Assembly: GCA_013265495.1 (NCBI GenBank)
Contig: MU061579.1
Coordinates: forward strand, 2,663,319-2,727,318
Direction: 5' to 3'
DNA length: 64,000 nucleotides
DNA from: Vicugna vicugna
Taxonomy: Eukaryota
Shown here: piece after piece, positions 1 through 13,865 of the stretch
How the letters are laid out: each line of letters opens with the position of its first letter
How positions within the stretch are numbered: the first letter of the stretch is position 1
Notes under the pieces: generated by a model
Told to the model about the DNA's origin: nothing
The model's database searches: none
The model's input: only the letters and a program-made list of their open reading frames with translations
Translations under genes and position numbers: made by a program

Positions 1-704
1 AATTCATTTTACGACAGACTAATTTATAAGCCTTAATGACAATTGTATAATTTTCTCTGAGAAACACAGGTGATCAAAATCACCATGCTGTCACGCTAGT
101 CTCATCAATGAAACATTCAAAAATCATCATAAAATAAATGACCCCTCTTCATCATGTCCTCGGATTTTCAGAATATACACAGTTTGAAATTTCTGACCTC
201 TACGGACGAACAAAATCAATGGAGTCTTACGCAGTCCAGGACACACATTATATCATTACATACAATTAACAGTTATAATGTCTGATCACATTTAAACTAT
301 TTCTGTTTCCTTTCTGGGTAATCAAAAACATTCTGAGGTCTCTATTTTTTTAGGAACCTGTATATACCATTTTTTTTTTCAGTTATCACTATCGTAGAAA
401 GGAATAGCTATGATTCAACTATCACAAATCTACTCTAGACTGCTGGCTGGGATAAAAGAATGGAGACATTTGTCAATTATCCAACTAATTATCCCGGTGT
501 ACGACAGCCAAACCAAATAATCCCAGTCCCTGAGTGAACATTCTGAACTGAATTGGCCAGATAACTATTCAATTGCATAGATAACTGTATTCAATAAAAA
601 TCTGAGGATATAAACATTTCTGTATTTGTTTCATTAATTCATTGACACATAAACCTCCAATGTGTTCATCCTGGGCTTCCAAAATAATGATCATAATAAA
701 AAAT

Positions 705-808
705 CATAGGAGCTAGCATTTACTGACTGCTTAATAAGAACCAGGCACTGTGAGTACTTTCTCTGCATTCTCATTTAATTTTACAACAATCCTGTGAGGT
801 AGGTGCTA
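705..808 (-). mobile_element. MIR SINE fragment (3' part)
   Basis: atttactgactgc...ccaggcactgtg...ctcatttaattttacaacaatcctgtgaggtaggt resembles the reverse complement of the MIR core/3' end. Confidence 0.8.
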
Positions 809-1517
809 GCTTACCTGGCATAAAATGGAGCCTGCCTTCCCAAATAACTCTCTCTGCGTAAACAGCTTCACACATGTATTACTCAAATAAAATTTCCTGT
901 GTGTAATACGTAGGTGGGTTCTTTTGGAATCAGTGTTTTTCCTTTTTTCGCAAAGGCAAATGAGTTTTCCTTTAGTCATCTTTCTGGCATTTTTCTGATT
1001 CTCGCATCCTTTCCCTCCCTATGATTGCTATTCTTGAGTACAATGCCTGTCCCTGATGAGTGATGCTGAGAATCATGAATTTATACGTGATACTAAGAAT
1101 GTTATATAAAATTGTATTCCTTTCTATTTCATGGAAATTGCCATTTCTGTTAACATTTAAGAAAGGAAACACCAAGTTATGTATAAGAATGTCTGGTTGG
1201 GATGGGTTCTGCACACCTGGATACAGATACAGGACATATGGAACGTGTGGCATGCAATGGTATCCGCTGATGGCTAGAAATGAACCACTGAAGAGTACAG
1301 TTTCCCTACATGTTAAAAGACACCTAGGTGCAGAGAATCCCAATTTATTAACGTTAATGAGTAACAGATGGTTGTTAAATGCCCAAACACTGTTAACTGG
1401 ACACTTTAAAAAATGATGCAGTGGAAGTCTCATGCCTTCTTCAGCCTGCTGAAAACTTGTTAGATTTCAGGTGCTTCTTAGCTTAATGGAATGTGATTGA
1501 CTATCAGAAAAAAATAA

Positions 1518-1630
1518 CCAGAGTTTGAAGCAAGACAGCTCTGAATTCAAGTCCTGCTTTTGATGATTATTGGTTTGGGGAAAAGTATTTAATCTTTCTA
1601 ATTGCCAACGTGAGATGATAATGCAGCTAT
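1518..1630 (+). mobile_element. diverged MIR fragment
   Basis: gagtttgaagcaagacagctctgaattcaagtcctgct...aagtatttaatctttct resembles the MIR 5' region. Confidence 0.55.
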
Positions 1631-3494
1631 CCTCTGCTTAACGTCTTTAATCTGTTTCAGAGAAACAGGATTTGCTGCTAGTATCTTCATGGGGAGCATT
1701 TTTTTAGTTCTTCCTTAAGTGCTGTATTGCTTGACCTCTCTATCAAAGTTTATCCAAAAAGTAAATTATTTTTGCAGAAGCAAGGAATAAAGCAAATTGT
1801 AGAATAGAAATAAGACGTGTCACATTTTCACCTTGGTTGGGGAAGGAAGGGAAGAGTGGGCTGGAGGAAGTCCGATAGCAGTGCTGTTCACTACCAGGGC
1901 GTCAATTCTAGGTACTCTTAAGTTGTTTCTGTTTAGTGTCACCATTATTCAGGTGAACAGGCACATACCTTGGTCTAAACGCTGATTCTATGAATTCTTA
2001 GCTAAATCTGCAAGTAGGAAAACAAATCAAGGGATGAAGGACTTAAGAATCGGGAAATTTCAAGTTGTCGAAGCAATCGAAAAAAAGGTACTGCCAAGAG
2101 AATTGTTATGGAACACTAAACAAGTGAGTTAGGTAACCAGAACCCTGAAAACATGCTCAAATGCACAAACTCACTTCCTATTCAGTGAAAGCTTAGTCAG
2201 TGTAAGTCCAATATATCAGCTAAACTATTTTTAATGCCCTCAGCATCACTTGATTACCTTGACTGTTGATCTTACTACCGTATCGTATCTCAATATTTAC
2301 AGCTTATTCTCATGTTAAATGGACTAGACAGTATCTCTAAGTTTTTGGCTTGAGGTGAGAAGGAATGGAGGGGATTAAGGCATTTTTTAATCTCAGGAAA
2401 TGTAGTTTAACACGGGGGTAAAAAGTATGGTAAGTATGGGGTAATGCAAATGTGACAGGTGGTTTTTGACTCCTTGTGAATAGGGGTGGCTCACAGATAC
2501 ATAAATGGGGGACAATGCTGTGATTTACAATTAATGATTTAAATCTTTAAATTGTGGCCATTTAAACATGTTGGTAGAAATGCCCTTATATAATATATCT
2601 CCATATTTCTGTGGTTTTTGAAATTTATTTCTTTCACGTGTAGAAGAGCCCCAAGGTACCATGAAAGCTTATCGTTCTCTGCGGGAACATTACAGCATTG
2701 TTGGCAAAGCCATGGAATCCAAATCTTGCTTAATTGACAATGGAAAGAGGCCATTTAATAGGTACAAAAACAAGATTTTGGGGTAAAACATGGAACCAAG
2801 TGAAATAACTAAAAATTTTTAATAGGAAGGTATTTCCCAGTGTCATAGTATTTCCTTTTTATTTTCTGTTTTTCTTTTTTGTCAATATCTGGATCTAAGT
2901 TTATCTCACTTGGACTAATACCATGGGTTGAGTGCAAGGATTTTTTTTTTCACAATATATCAAAGTCTAATAAATAATTGAAAATAAATGCCGATCTGTG
3001 TTAGCCTCTTTCTGGAAATAATTCAATTGATGTCTAGCTGGAAACAATTATACTTAGATTATAAAATCTAAAAGCTTATGAGATACTAGGTTTCTACACC
3101 CCAAATTTTGGGGGGATGGAAAGACAAAAAAGGCCAAAATAATAACCATATTTTTGCTTTCTGCTATTCATCCATTTTAAAAAAAATATTTACTGAGGAT
3201 AAAATATACCAGATTCTGTGTAAGGTGAGAAGTAGCAATTATAACAATGAACCAAACAATTACTGTCATGATGTAAATTTTTGTCAATTGAAGTTTCAAG
3301 ATCTAGGTATAATGAGAATAAATTATAAAGCACTAAGAAAGTGGGGAAGCATGCACACATAATTTCTTCTAGAAATGAAAAAAAGCAATTAAAATTCTGG
3401 GTAAAACAGGAATAAAAGAATTTTTAAAGTGTGAACATAGAGCAAACTGTAATATGGTTTGATTTTAAAACATTAGGGAATTGAGACAGAATTT

Positions 3495-3550
3495 GTCACA
3501 TCATAGGTGCTCAATAACTATTTGATGGATGAAATAATTAATTAATTAAT
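3495..3550 (+). mobile_element. L2 3' terminus fragment
   Basis: gtcacatcataggtgctcaataactatttgatggatgaa resembles the L2 3' end (GGCACATAGTAGGCGCTCAATAAATATTTGTTGAATGAA). Confidence 0.6.
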
Positions 3551-3974
3551 GAAATACAATGTATTTGAGTAGCACAGCAATTGTAAAATTATAACCACAG
3601 AAGAAAAACTTCAGCTACTAAAGAGAATGTACATGTGATCTGTCTTGTAAATATTCTACTTTGTAGACAGTCTCAAATAATTTCTCTCCCAAGTACTTGT
3701 TACATATATACAAATGCATAAGTGACAGTTGTTTAGAACTGAAAGTAGATACTATAAAGAACTTTAAGAAATGAAGCAGCATTGGAATATTTAGCTTACA
3801 AAGCTCTTACTGATTGCTGCTCAACATTCATAGCCATAAGAAACAGACAAAATAATAGATTATTAAAATTTATAAAATTAATCTATAGAACTAACCTAAA
3901 TATGGAGGGTTCTTTTTTTCAAATTCACTCTGTATTTGATGAATATTTACCAAGGAGATGTACTGATTTTAAAA

Positions 3975-4310
3975 TACATATTTAAACAAATGTAATAAAA
4001 TAAAGGCACATTGCAGAAATTTCAGAAAATATAGAAGAATGTGTAGAAAAAGATTTTAAAAATCACTTTGTAATCTCGTAAGTCAAAGATTACTATTTCT
4101 AACTTTCAAGCTTGTTTTCTAATACATTGTGGTTTCCCAAACTTGTAATGATTCTTGAATAGTATTTTTTTTCAGAGTCAACATTACATCAAATATTACC
4201 TCAAAGCATATTCCTCTTTTCTGATGTTTTGCATTTTACTGGCAAAACAGTCTTATTTTACAGTATGGATAAAGTTATTTAACTATGATTCTTTTGAACA
4301 TTGAGGCTTT
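3975..4310 (-). mobile_element. old L1ME-type 3' UTR fragment
   Basis: cacattgcagaaatttcagaaaatatagaa...aaaaatcactttgtaatctc...ttgaacattgagg pattern typical of antisense L1ME 3' ends; highly diverged. Confidence 0.45.
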
Positions 4311-4903
4311 GGAGCAACAATCACTTTATCCTTCATTTTACAAAACTCAGCTTACCAGTGTCCATGGTTATTTTCTATAGTTAAAATTATACAATGTTAT
4401 CTCTTATACATACTATAGTTTATGGCAGGGAAAATCCTCCCAGTGTAATGGGAATAGCATGGCTTGAATTCTTGCCAAAATTTTCTCTATCCATGAGGAA
4501 GACTCCCTTTTCTTTAAATATATATCATTCAATACAGAAATACATACACATTTGAGAAACTACCTAGCAATGAAGTCTTCCACAATGACTTTGGCCCAAA
4601 TAAATTAGTTCAAATAGTTACTGAATAGCTACACTATACTTTCAATGTACTAGATGATTACATGTGTGAAAGCTAAATACTGTAGTGTCACAGGAATGTT
4701 GCACGTGGCATTGACAGGCAATACGCTCGCCACACAAGAGGGCTGCATTCCGACACCCAACCATCATTGCCCTTTTTGAAAACCGCAACACATAAATTCC
4801 ACTCATGTTCGATTATACTATTACAATTCATCATCAGATACTGTTTTGTTTCGGGACATATGTCATAGCCCTTTCACACAATGTTATGGCTTATGTAACT
4901 TAC

Positions 4904-4940
4904 ATTTCTCATGGATCCCTCCAGCAAAGTCTGTCTTAGT
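4904..4940 (-). other. candidate small exon (37 nt, or 27 nt from an internal AG)
   Basis: minus strand reads tttcctttgcatcccaaacag|ACTAAGACAGACTTTGCTGGAGGGATCCATGAGAAAT|gtaagt; consensus donor, plausible acceptor, TE-free flanks; host gene not recognised. Confidence 0.3.
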
Positions 4941-6775
4941 CTGTTTGGGATGCAAAGGAAATCATTCAAAAGCACCGGTGGCTTTACCATGAGAGTTTTG
5001 CAATGAACAGGGAGGGAGCAGTAATTTCACAGCTGAGATAAGTATGCTCAGCTCTTTTACCCATTCCATTATTTTCTAAAGCATTTAAGTGCTTTAAGTG
5101 TTTGGTTTAAAAAACTGTAAAGATGGAGCAAAACTCTGCGATATTAGAAGTGCCCTGTTTTACAGTTAATCAAAAGGTCAGGGGGCCTCTTATACTAAAC
5201 AAGTCTCATCAGGGTAGTTCATTAACACAATTAGAAAAAAATGCATTCTCAGTTTCTGCTTTCTATTAATTTTAAGGCACTTTCTGCCTTGCTTAATCAA
5301 ATTGAACATAGGAGAATTTTCCTGGCTACTATAATCAACACGTAAATTAAGATGCACAGGGATCTCCAAAGAATAAAAAAAGTTAATTATTTAATCATTT
5401 TTCCCCTCTATGTATTGGGTGGAGAATGTTTAATTACAAAGAGAAAAAAAAGGAAAGTAAATATATCTTTAACATACATTTATTTCTTTGATACAAAAAT
5501 GTGACTATAATTAATAGTAAAATGACAACATGAATATTGAATTTTCTGCCCATTTTTAATAACAGGGATTTTGGCCAATCAAAAGTTGTCATTTTAATTG
5601 GAAACTTAATTGATGGTGATGTGTTTTCATAAAATACAGAAGTTTTCTGTGGTGTTTTCTTTTTATATAAAAGAAATTTATGAGTTTATGAATTAAATGA
5701 ATTGTTTGCCCTTATGAAAACTGAAAATATTGCTGAGGACCAGAGAAACTGAGAACTCATTTGACATTTTATTAAGAAGGTTCAAGAACAGTTCACCCGG
5801 ACTTTAATTTGCCATCCATTGAAGTTTATGAAGGAGTTAATACAAAGTGTGGCTATTGAAATTTCTATCTATGCAATTTCTACCTGCACAAGATTATTGT
5901 GAATAAGTTCACTTTCTAGCCTGATTTTTCTGACTTCTCAATATTTTTTGCATATCGTCAAAATGTTAAGATGTTGAGTGCAGCCAATGCTAGTAACATC
6001 TGGCTTCCCTTTTAAGTTTGCATCATCCTGCAGAGTATAAACTTCTCTTTTACATGAGGAGTTCTTAGGCCATTTATTTCCCTCTTAAGTGTGACTGCTG
6101 TGATTTAAATCAGTAAAAATTCACTTAATGTTGCTTTCAGTCATTCACTTAAGAATGTAATAGTTGTCCTTTATTTTTAGAGATAACGTGATTAACTTCA
6201 GAGATGTCAACCAGTAAGAAAGACCCGCTAACATATTTTATTATCCAACTTTTTAAAAACAAGTCTTATACTAATGATTCAGAAATGTTTTCAAAGATCC
6301 CTAGGGCTTTGTGCTCTACCAATGCCCTTCACACTACTTCTCAGAAAAATAAGATATGTATATTGTATTTATATGTGGGAAGTTTACTTTTCTACATGCC
6401 GTACATATTTGGACAATGGAACATTCTAAGTATTCTTCAGTACTAGCAAATCAGGGTCTCAAGTAAGAGTCATCCAATGACCATCAAAAAATTTTGTGTG
6501 ACTTGGCTGTTATGGGCAAAAATGTATAAACATAAACAAAACTTGATCTTGACCTTGCATAACTCACAATTAAGAGAGAGAAACAAAATCAGGTTACCAC
6601 AAGGGGATGCCTTTTGGGATGGCAGAGACTGAAAAAGCCTCTGACCTTTTTGAAATTCAGTAATATTGGTTACCAAGGGAAAGTGTTAACATAATGGCAT
6701 GCAAATTTTAGGCCTTGATGTTCCTAAAAGATAAAATAACCCAACTACATTGTTAAAATGCATATGTGTTTGGCT

Positions 6776-6830
6776 TCTCTCTCTCTCTATATATATATAC
6801 ATGGATGTATATGTATATATGCTTATGTTT
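6776..6830. repeat. (CT)n/(AT)n microsatellite
   Basis: tctctctctctctatatatatatac... Confidence 0.8.
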
Positions 6831-6949
6831 GTATTTAATTCATATAATGAGAACAAAATCTAGCTGTAGATATTCTTAAAAGATAACATAGAACAATTAT
6901 GTAACTATATATATAGAAAACAAATATTTACGTAACTATGTTATTTTCC

Positions 6950-7102
6950 CCCATAATAGCCCTATGATTTACATATGATTTTCATTTCCACTATACAGAT
7001 AATAAAGCAGAAGTACAAAGAGTTTAAGTAAGTTAAGTTACTTGAACAAGGTCATATACCTAATAAATGGGAGAAATGGGATTTGAACCCCGGTAGTCTG
7101 GA
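6950..7102 (-). mobile_element. MIR SINE
   Basis: tacagataataaagcagaagtacaaagag...aagttacttgaacaaggtcatatacc...gggatttgaaccccggtagtctgg is an antisense MIR core plus B-box region. Confidence 0.85.
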
Positions 7103-9547
7103 AATAAGTAGAAGAATCTTGTGTGGCAGGCTAGGGAAATAAAATCCTAACTTCCAGGACAGGGAAGTCATTAGCTGCTTCCAAGCAAAGGTGTGATAAG
7201 CACCAGCGGGCGTTCAGAACTTCAGGGTGACTGTGTTACAGAGGATGGCTTTCTTCAGTCCTGCAAATATGCAATATTACCACAAGGTTTTATTTAAATA
7301 GTTTAATTATTTTTATTTAGACAGTAGTCTTTCGTGTAGAAAATCAATTTTTTTTTGATTAAGAAGCATCAAAAAGGCAAAGACTAATCAGTAAACAGCC
7401 TTAAAATGACATTTGGCTTTGGTAGAGTGAAGGGAACCATTGTGAATGTTTCTGAAAGAATGAAAGGAAACAAGCAAATGCCCTAGAAAGTCTTGTAAAG
7501 TTTCAGGTTCATGTTGAAGGGGTGTGGCTTTTTGTTGTTCATCATTGGTACTTATAAATATGAATAAATTTCTCCGATTGCACATAGAACTACCAGGCTC
7601 CAAGGAAGAATGCTTTGTACTTGGTGACTGACCAGGCTGTGAAAAGCTACAACAGAGAGGCTGGGCGTTTCCCAATGGGCTATTTATGTGGTCCATGCTA
7701 TCAAATATATCTATATAAAATTTTGACCAACAGGAATTTTCCTTTCGTTCTTTTTATTCTGAACAATTAGTTTTGGAGAAGGGAGGGTGCTGTCAGATGG
7801 TCAGCTGGACCTTTAAATTTTCAGATTCACTGGCTGAGGAGTTAATTACTGAAACTTTCCAATTGCACAGGAATCATAGAGAAAGCCATGGCCTTGTATT
7901 ATTTACCCAAATAAACAACATTCTTTGGAAGAAAACAGGCAGTTTCACTAATAAAAAATGTAAATTCCAGCTTCATGTGTTATTCATGAATGTTCTGATA
8001 CCACAATTGTTATTTTCAAGTGTTTAGCTACTGTGAAAAGCATCTTCGGCAATGATGTTGGAGGTTGACTGCTGAATGTCAGAAATAATGATCTCGCGGC
8101 ACTGTAATCTTTGCTGAATGAGGTCTATTATGTGTCATATTTGGAAGAATATTTGTGTTGCTGAATGATTTTAAACTAATTATCGAATGCTGCTTGTATT
8201 TCATAAAATATAATGATACTCATACAAAGAACTTTGCTATTAACACTGCTAAGTCCAATTGTGTACATCATATTTGGGAAGCAAACTAAAATTGACTTAT
8301 TTATCAGAATACAAATACATTGTTATTGGAATGTGGACACAACATATAAATGTCTTCCTTGCTTTCAGAAGAACTCAATTCGGATTGACTAGTAATATTA
8401 TTTGTTTTACACTGTTACAATGATTATATTATTTTCATATGAAAAACTTTAAAGTAAACAATATGAAGTAGCAAGTGTTTTTGGAACATCTTGGCTCCTC
8501 CATCAGCTCTCTCTGCCAGGCTAGTCTATTTACATTGTGGTCCATTCACAGACACGGGTTCAGCAAATTAGCTGTCAGCTTGATCTAAACCTTCATAAAA
8601 ACGTATTATATTTGCTTAACATTGTTTAACATGGCAGGCATATGTATTAAAATAAAAGTTCTGCTATTTCTAGTAAAAACAAACCCATTATATTGCTCTT
8701 ATACTTCTTTGAGATTTCAGTTCATATTCACTGTTATCTTGGTTGTTTGGCTTTTAAAACTTGAAAACAATGGGGAAAGAACTTCAGTGTTGGAACATGC
8801 TTATCTTGAAAAAAAAAGGAACATATTTGGGTGTGATAATTTTCTTTCTTTTACCTTCCTACAAGGCTAGCATGTGGTATCAGCTAAGGAAAACATAGCA
8901 TCAGCTAAGGGGGGAAATGACATTAACATTGTCATATAAGGGTTGGAGAAAGATGGAAATGTTTTGGCTGGGATTTATCGAACATGAAATTGGAAACTGA
9001 TGATGATAAAAATAAGAATGCTCAGTGCAAGGAGCACTTCCTCTATTTCAGGAAGTATTCTTTGATGCAACAGAAGTGTCACCCAGTGGCCTTCTCTCAC
9101 TAGTTTCTGCTGCCTCTTTGGAAAATGCCTTTCAATTACTCCTGAGAATCCCAAAGTTATACTTCAAGGAATCACAAACCAGTCCATCGCAGTGTTACCC
9201 CATTCTTTCTTTCCACTTAAAGAACCAAGCAGTAAAGTCTACTCTCCATGTTAATGATTGAAGGAACCTCAGTATTGACCCTGGCTAACAAGAGAAAGGC
9301 ATTACTCATGACGAGGTCTCTGGACACGTGCAGACACTCCCAGTGACACTTGAGTGGGAGGGATGCATAGTGAGATGCATCGCATCTCATTGCAGAATGG
9401 GGCCAAGGGACACTCACTCGGCACTAGGCATTATCATGTGAACTGCGGCAGCACTTCTATTTGAGCTAAGAGATTCACAAATTCTCTTTTTGATGGCACC
9501 ATCAGTTTTAGTCTTCTATATTACGTTCAGAGAAAATAGGTGCTGGT

Positions 9548-9718
9548 GTATGTGTGTGTCCGTGTGTGTTAGAGACAGACAGACACACAGAGACTTAGAG
9601 AGACACAGAGAAGCAGAGACAGAGAGAAGACTGAAATACAAAGAAAGAGACAGAAAGAGACGGAGAGAAACAGAGAAAGACATACAGACAGATGGACAGA
9701 CAGGCAGAGATAGGCAAT
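9548..9718. repeat. (TG)n followed by degenerate (GA/GACA)n simple repeat
   Basis: tgtgtgtgtccgtgtgtgttagagacagacagacacacagagac...gagagaaacagagaaagacatacagacag. Confidence 0.9.
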
Positions 9719-10135
9719 GATTGAAAGGATGTGTGTTCATGTTTGTGACGGGTGGTGAAAGAGAAGGTGGAATCCCCCAAAAAAAAGGGGGGGGAGGAAA
9801 TGTGTTATTTACTTCAGTAATACATTAACACAGTTATTGGAATAATCAAAGTTCCCACGTTTCAATAGATCATTTTGGTATCTGGGAGAAGGTATCCCAA
9901 GAAGCCTATTAATAAAAGTCAAGAGAAGCAGAAGGTGGTACATATTTAAGGTTCAGGCAATACTGAAACTATTCCTAGTGCCAGGTGCACACACATTCTG
10001 CAAACTAATGCAACAGGGCAGTTCTCAGGCCAAGTCATCCACTTTGCATCGTTCACTGGATAATGACTACACACACTGTATTTTTTGACTTTAGAAAAAA
10101 CACATATCATCACCCCAGGAAACCACAATTCCCCC

Positions 10136-10137
<2 letters not shown>

Positions 10138-10166
<29 letters not shown>
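10138..10166. repeat. (CA)n microsatellite
   Basis: uninterrupted CA run. Confidence 0.95.
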
Positions 10167-10168
<2 letters not shown>

Positions 10169-11049
10169 AGCAAGGTGTTTACCTGCTACAATCAATACTA
10201 CTCAATAATTCCCCTTAGTCCTTCTCTGACACAACTTTTGACTTCTAACCCTCATTTAATATGAAAAAAATAGTCTATTTAAAATTCAAGCTAGGTATAT
10301 CTATATATTACATAAAGGCAAGACATATATTTTTTGATCCATACATAAACCCCTAACACAAGCATCATAAACAAACCCTAGATATTCACAGTTAGTAACA
10401 ACCGTCACTCAATAATAGAAAAGAGATTTAGCAAAATCGAAATGCCAATTCTAGGGACCTCCTTCTAACACAGGGTCTACGTAGGGACATGCAAATTCAG
10501 TAATCTTACACATATTTCTTTAAAAATCATGCCTATAAACGATCCTCATTTAACCCTAAGACATCAACTTTCTAGCCACAAAGTAACAAGCTCATTGCTC
10601 CAAACAGTGAAGTCATATATTTACCTGTATTTACATGTGGCCTTGATAAGAGGAAGAGTCATTTTTTTTTTCAATAGAAAAATGCAAGGGCTCAGAAGAT
10701 CCCATGTAAAATTAACAGGTAAAAAACACTGCCTATCTGGAAAATGCATGAGAATAATAAAAGTAGGAAAACTTTAAGACAATGACTATCCAAGATTATG
10801 CAGGGAAGAATGCATGTAAGTTTGTTGCAATTTCTTTTAAAACCCCAAAATTCTAAAGTGCTTTTCATCTATCTCTAGAAAACATAGGATGGCTGCATCA
10901 AAGAGAAAGTATACTGGTCCACACTTAACAGAAAATAAATTTGGCTGTATTTGATAGCACACTGTTAAAACAGGCACATGTTTACATGTGCGTACATGTG
11001 CTCGCACCTACACCCACACCATAACATTCAACTTAAGAGCTGGTAGCTC

Positions 11050-11283
11050 ATCAATACAGTTCAGGCAATTCAAACACATATTGGGCATGCACTGTACATC
11101 AGAAATTCTTTTATGTTCCAGAAATAGATAGGAGTAAGTAATTTTCCCTACCGTGAAGTGACTTCCACTGGAGTCAGAAAAAAGGGGTCAAAAAATCACT
11201 ACTAGACAATGTAATGAGTTTTTGAGTAGAGGTAAGCACAAACCACTATGGGAACAAAGGGCCATGAGCAATTAATTCTGCCT
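11050..11283 (-). mobile_element. L2 3' fragment
   Basis: attcaaacacatattgggcatgcactgtacatcag...tagaggtaagcacaaaccactatgggaaca...aattaattctgcct resembles antisense L2c-type 3' end. Confidence 0.6.
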
Positions 11284-13759
11284 TGTTCTTGTTATCACCC
11301 TGTAAGTGTATCACCTCTGAGTTTACATTTCACAGACTACATACAATATCACCACAACATCAGAATTTTTCACTGTCTTACTCAATAACTTTCAAAACAC
11401 TTGATCTGTGAATTCTTTGGCACTCCTACCCCTTGACTCCTCTACGTTTTTTTTTCTTTTAATGACTCTATTCCATCTTCACATTGTTCTCTAAAAAGTC
11501 ATTTTCTCAGTCACTCCTCTCTCATTATTGATTCTTTGCATTATTTTTACAGGAATCACATGGGGGAAAACTTTACTCTGGCTTAATCCAACTTATTTGT
11601 TGCCTGGAGACAATGGAGTACTACCAAAGAAACAGACTCATGCAGCATAAACCCGTGATCCTTAAACATCGCCCTCAAAATAACCCTCAACATTTCATCC
11701 ATTCCAGTAACTTCAATGCCTTTATATAGGTTTATAATTCTAAAAGATGTATTTCCAAAAGAGATTGAATAATTGATCAATCAGTTGATGGATTTTGCCC
11801 TTTGGTTACCTACTGGACATCTCTACTTTGATCTTCAGTAGCCCCCTCATAGTAATATATTTAAAACAGATATCATCCTTTATTTAATTAACTTATCAAT
11901 TGCTAGTAGTCAGGTCAGTAAAGCCAGTAGTACCAGCATGATTATTGAATACTTAGACTTTTATTTACAGTAAAGCTTCTACAGGTCAGCATATTTGAAT
12001 ATGCTAATTCTAGAGACTCAAGTTCCAAGCCTACTATTCCCAGACTGGAGGGAAAAAAAACTGACAGAAAACAAATGCAATTTGATTTACAATCCAGAGA
12101 ATATTTTTCTTTAAAATTTTCAAGACCCTCTTATACGAGCCCCAAGAAATTCAATTCAAATTTTAGGTTAGGGCTATCCCATCAATCAAATGTTTACCCT
12201 TCAGTTGGCAGGTGGGACAGGAAAAGTTTCAGTTGACTAGATTGAGATCTCTTAGTCTTTAAGTGATAATGATTTTGAAAATTATTTCTAGTAGTTAATT
12301 TTTTGATTTGACATTATTTAAAATAAAATTCTGAATTAATCCAAACCATATGTAGGAGTCTTGAGTTGTGTGAATGTACAGTAATTAACGAGAATCACAA
12401 GCATCTGTTCCAACTGGTGTGCTGACACAACTTTGAAAAGCAACTGGAAACAAAATGTTGATGGATTGTGGTCATTATCCTCGTGCTGATTAATCTTATT
12501 CATCAGTCTGTCAGAATATTAAGTCATGCAAAAACATGTTCTATTAATAGTGACAAAAACATAATTGTATATATTTTCAAAACCTCTGTTTTCTTTATTT
12601 CTTTAAAACTGCATTGGGAATTTACGGGCTTAATTCACTGCATTGGTTGAGTGAAGTCGCTTTGTATAATTTGCTAGGTAGTAGTAGTCTGTGGATGTAA
12701 CCAAAGAAAGAGAACCTTATTTTAGGAAAATCCTAAAAATCACATTGCTGTCACCACGAGAAAAAATTCATGTCAATATTTATATCTTACTGAGTTGTCT
12801 GGACTTAATAATAATGTGCAAAGCTGATAGAAGAGGCATTCTGTTAACTTTGCCTTTGAAAAATATTTTCTGTCATTATTTACAGAAAAAATCTATTGTA
12901 TAAAGTTAAATTTGTAGTGCAGTTTTTGTCTTGGCCCTACTCAAATTAAGTAGCAGCTTTGCCTCTGGTAGTAGAGTTTATGCATAGTTTATTATGTATA
13001 TTACCATGTGAGAAAAGGGATATGTTTAGAAAAATCTTACTATGCGTGTTTTAGGTCAAGGATTCTTTAAGGCAAAGGCACAATTCTTCAACATTTACCA
13101 TGTGGCCAGGACAAAAGTGGTTTAACCACAGCAGGGTCAGTGGTCATGTGAACACATTGGAGCGACCCATCATTGGGGGAGTATCAATTGCTTTCTGTAA
13201 ACAATGGGAAAACTTTTTAATTCAGCCAAAACCAACGCCACAAGTGAGTTATAAAGATCTTTGCTGTCAAATGAAATCAATTACAATGTAGCTATAAACA
13301 CTCGTTATGTGTTCAGTTTATTCCAGAGAGACGGCAAAAAAGGTTTTATTTTCCTTTATAATGGGTAGTGGAAAATTGTTTATTTGTTCTGGTGTTGTTG
13401 CTTATTGGCTATTGTAATCATTCAATTGATCTGAAAATTGCTATGCAAAGCTTTCTTTACGTTACTCTTTATAGACTTTACATAAATATTAAATTTGAAA
13501 ACAGTATAAAATTCTATATGTTGCTATTTTGCCCATCCTTGAGTTTGCTTACAGAATTAAAGGGTCAGTGGTTTTTAGGGAGTAGGTGAAATATTTCAAT
13601 CTTTTTCCAGTAAACTATCCATGTGGCTTCTGAGATATTTGACTCAAAATGTGAGAATCAAACAAACAAACAAATAAAAAATAAAATATAAAAGAACCTC
13701 TGAAAGTTAATGCTCCCAAATAAAATATTTACCTCTTTTATGTCCAGAATGGCATGAAG

Positions 13760-13865
13760 GTAAACTGTTTAAAGACAGGGATTTTTGCATGTTTTATTCA
13801 CTACCATATCTTGAGGGCCTGGAAGAGTGTCAGGTACATCTTAGATAACAATTTTTTTTTAAAAG
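13760..13865 (+). mobile_element. L2 3' terminus
   Basis: taaactgtttaaagacagggatttttg...ttattcactaccatatcttgagggcctggaagagtgtcaggtacat. Confidence 0.7.

Noticed and set aside
972..1433. Overlapping antiparallel ORFs of 153 aa and 118 aa
   Set aside because: No recognisable domain, composition typical of AT-rich noncoding DNA, no convincing splice or promoter context.
8880..8911. 11-bp direct repeat atcagctaagg x2 (similar short duplications near 34760, 62545, 63757)
   Set aside because: Ordinary slippage duplications; two copies only, nothing array- or CRISPR-like.
9490..9780. ORFs rich in R/E/D or S/L/C
   Set aside because: Translations of the (TG)/(GA) simple repeat.
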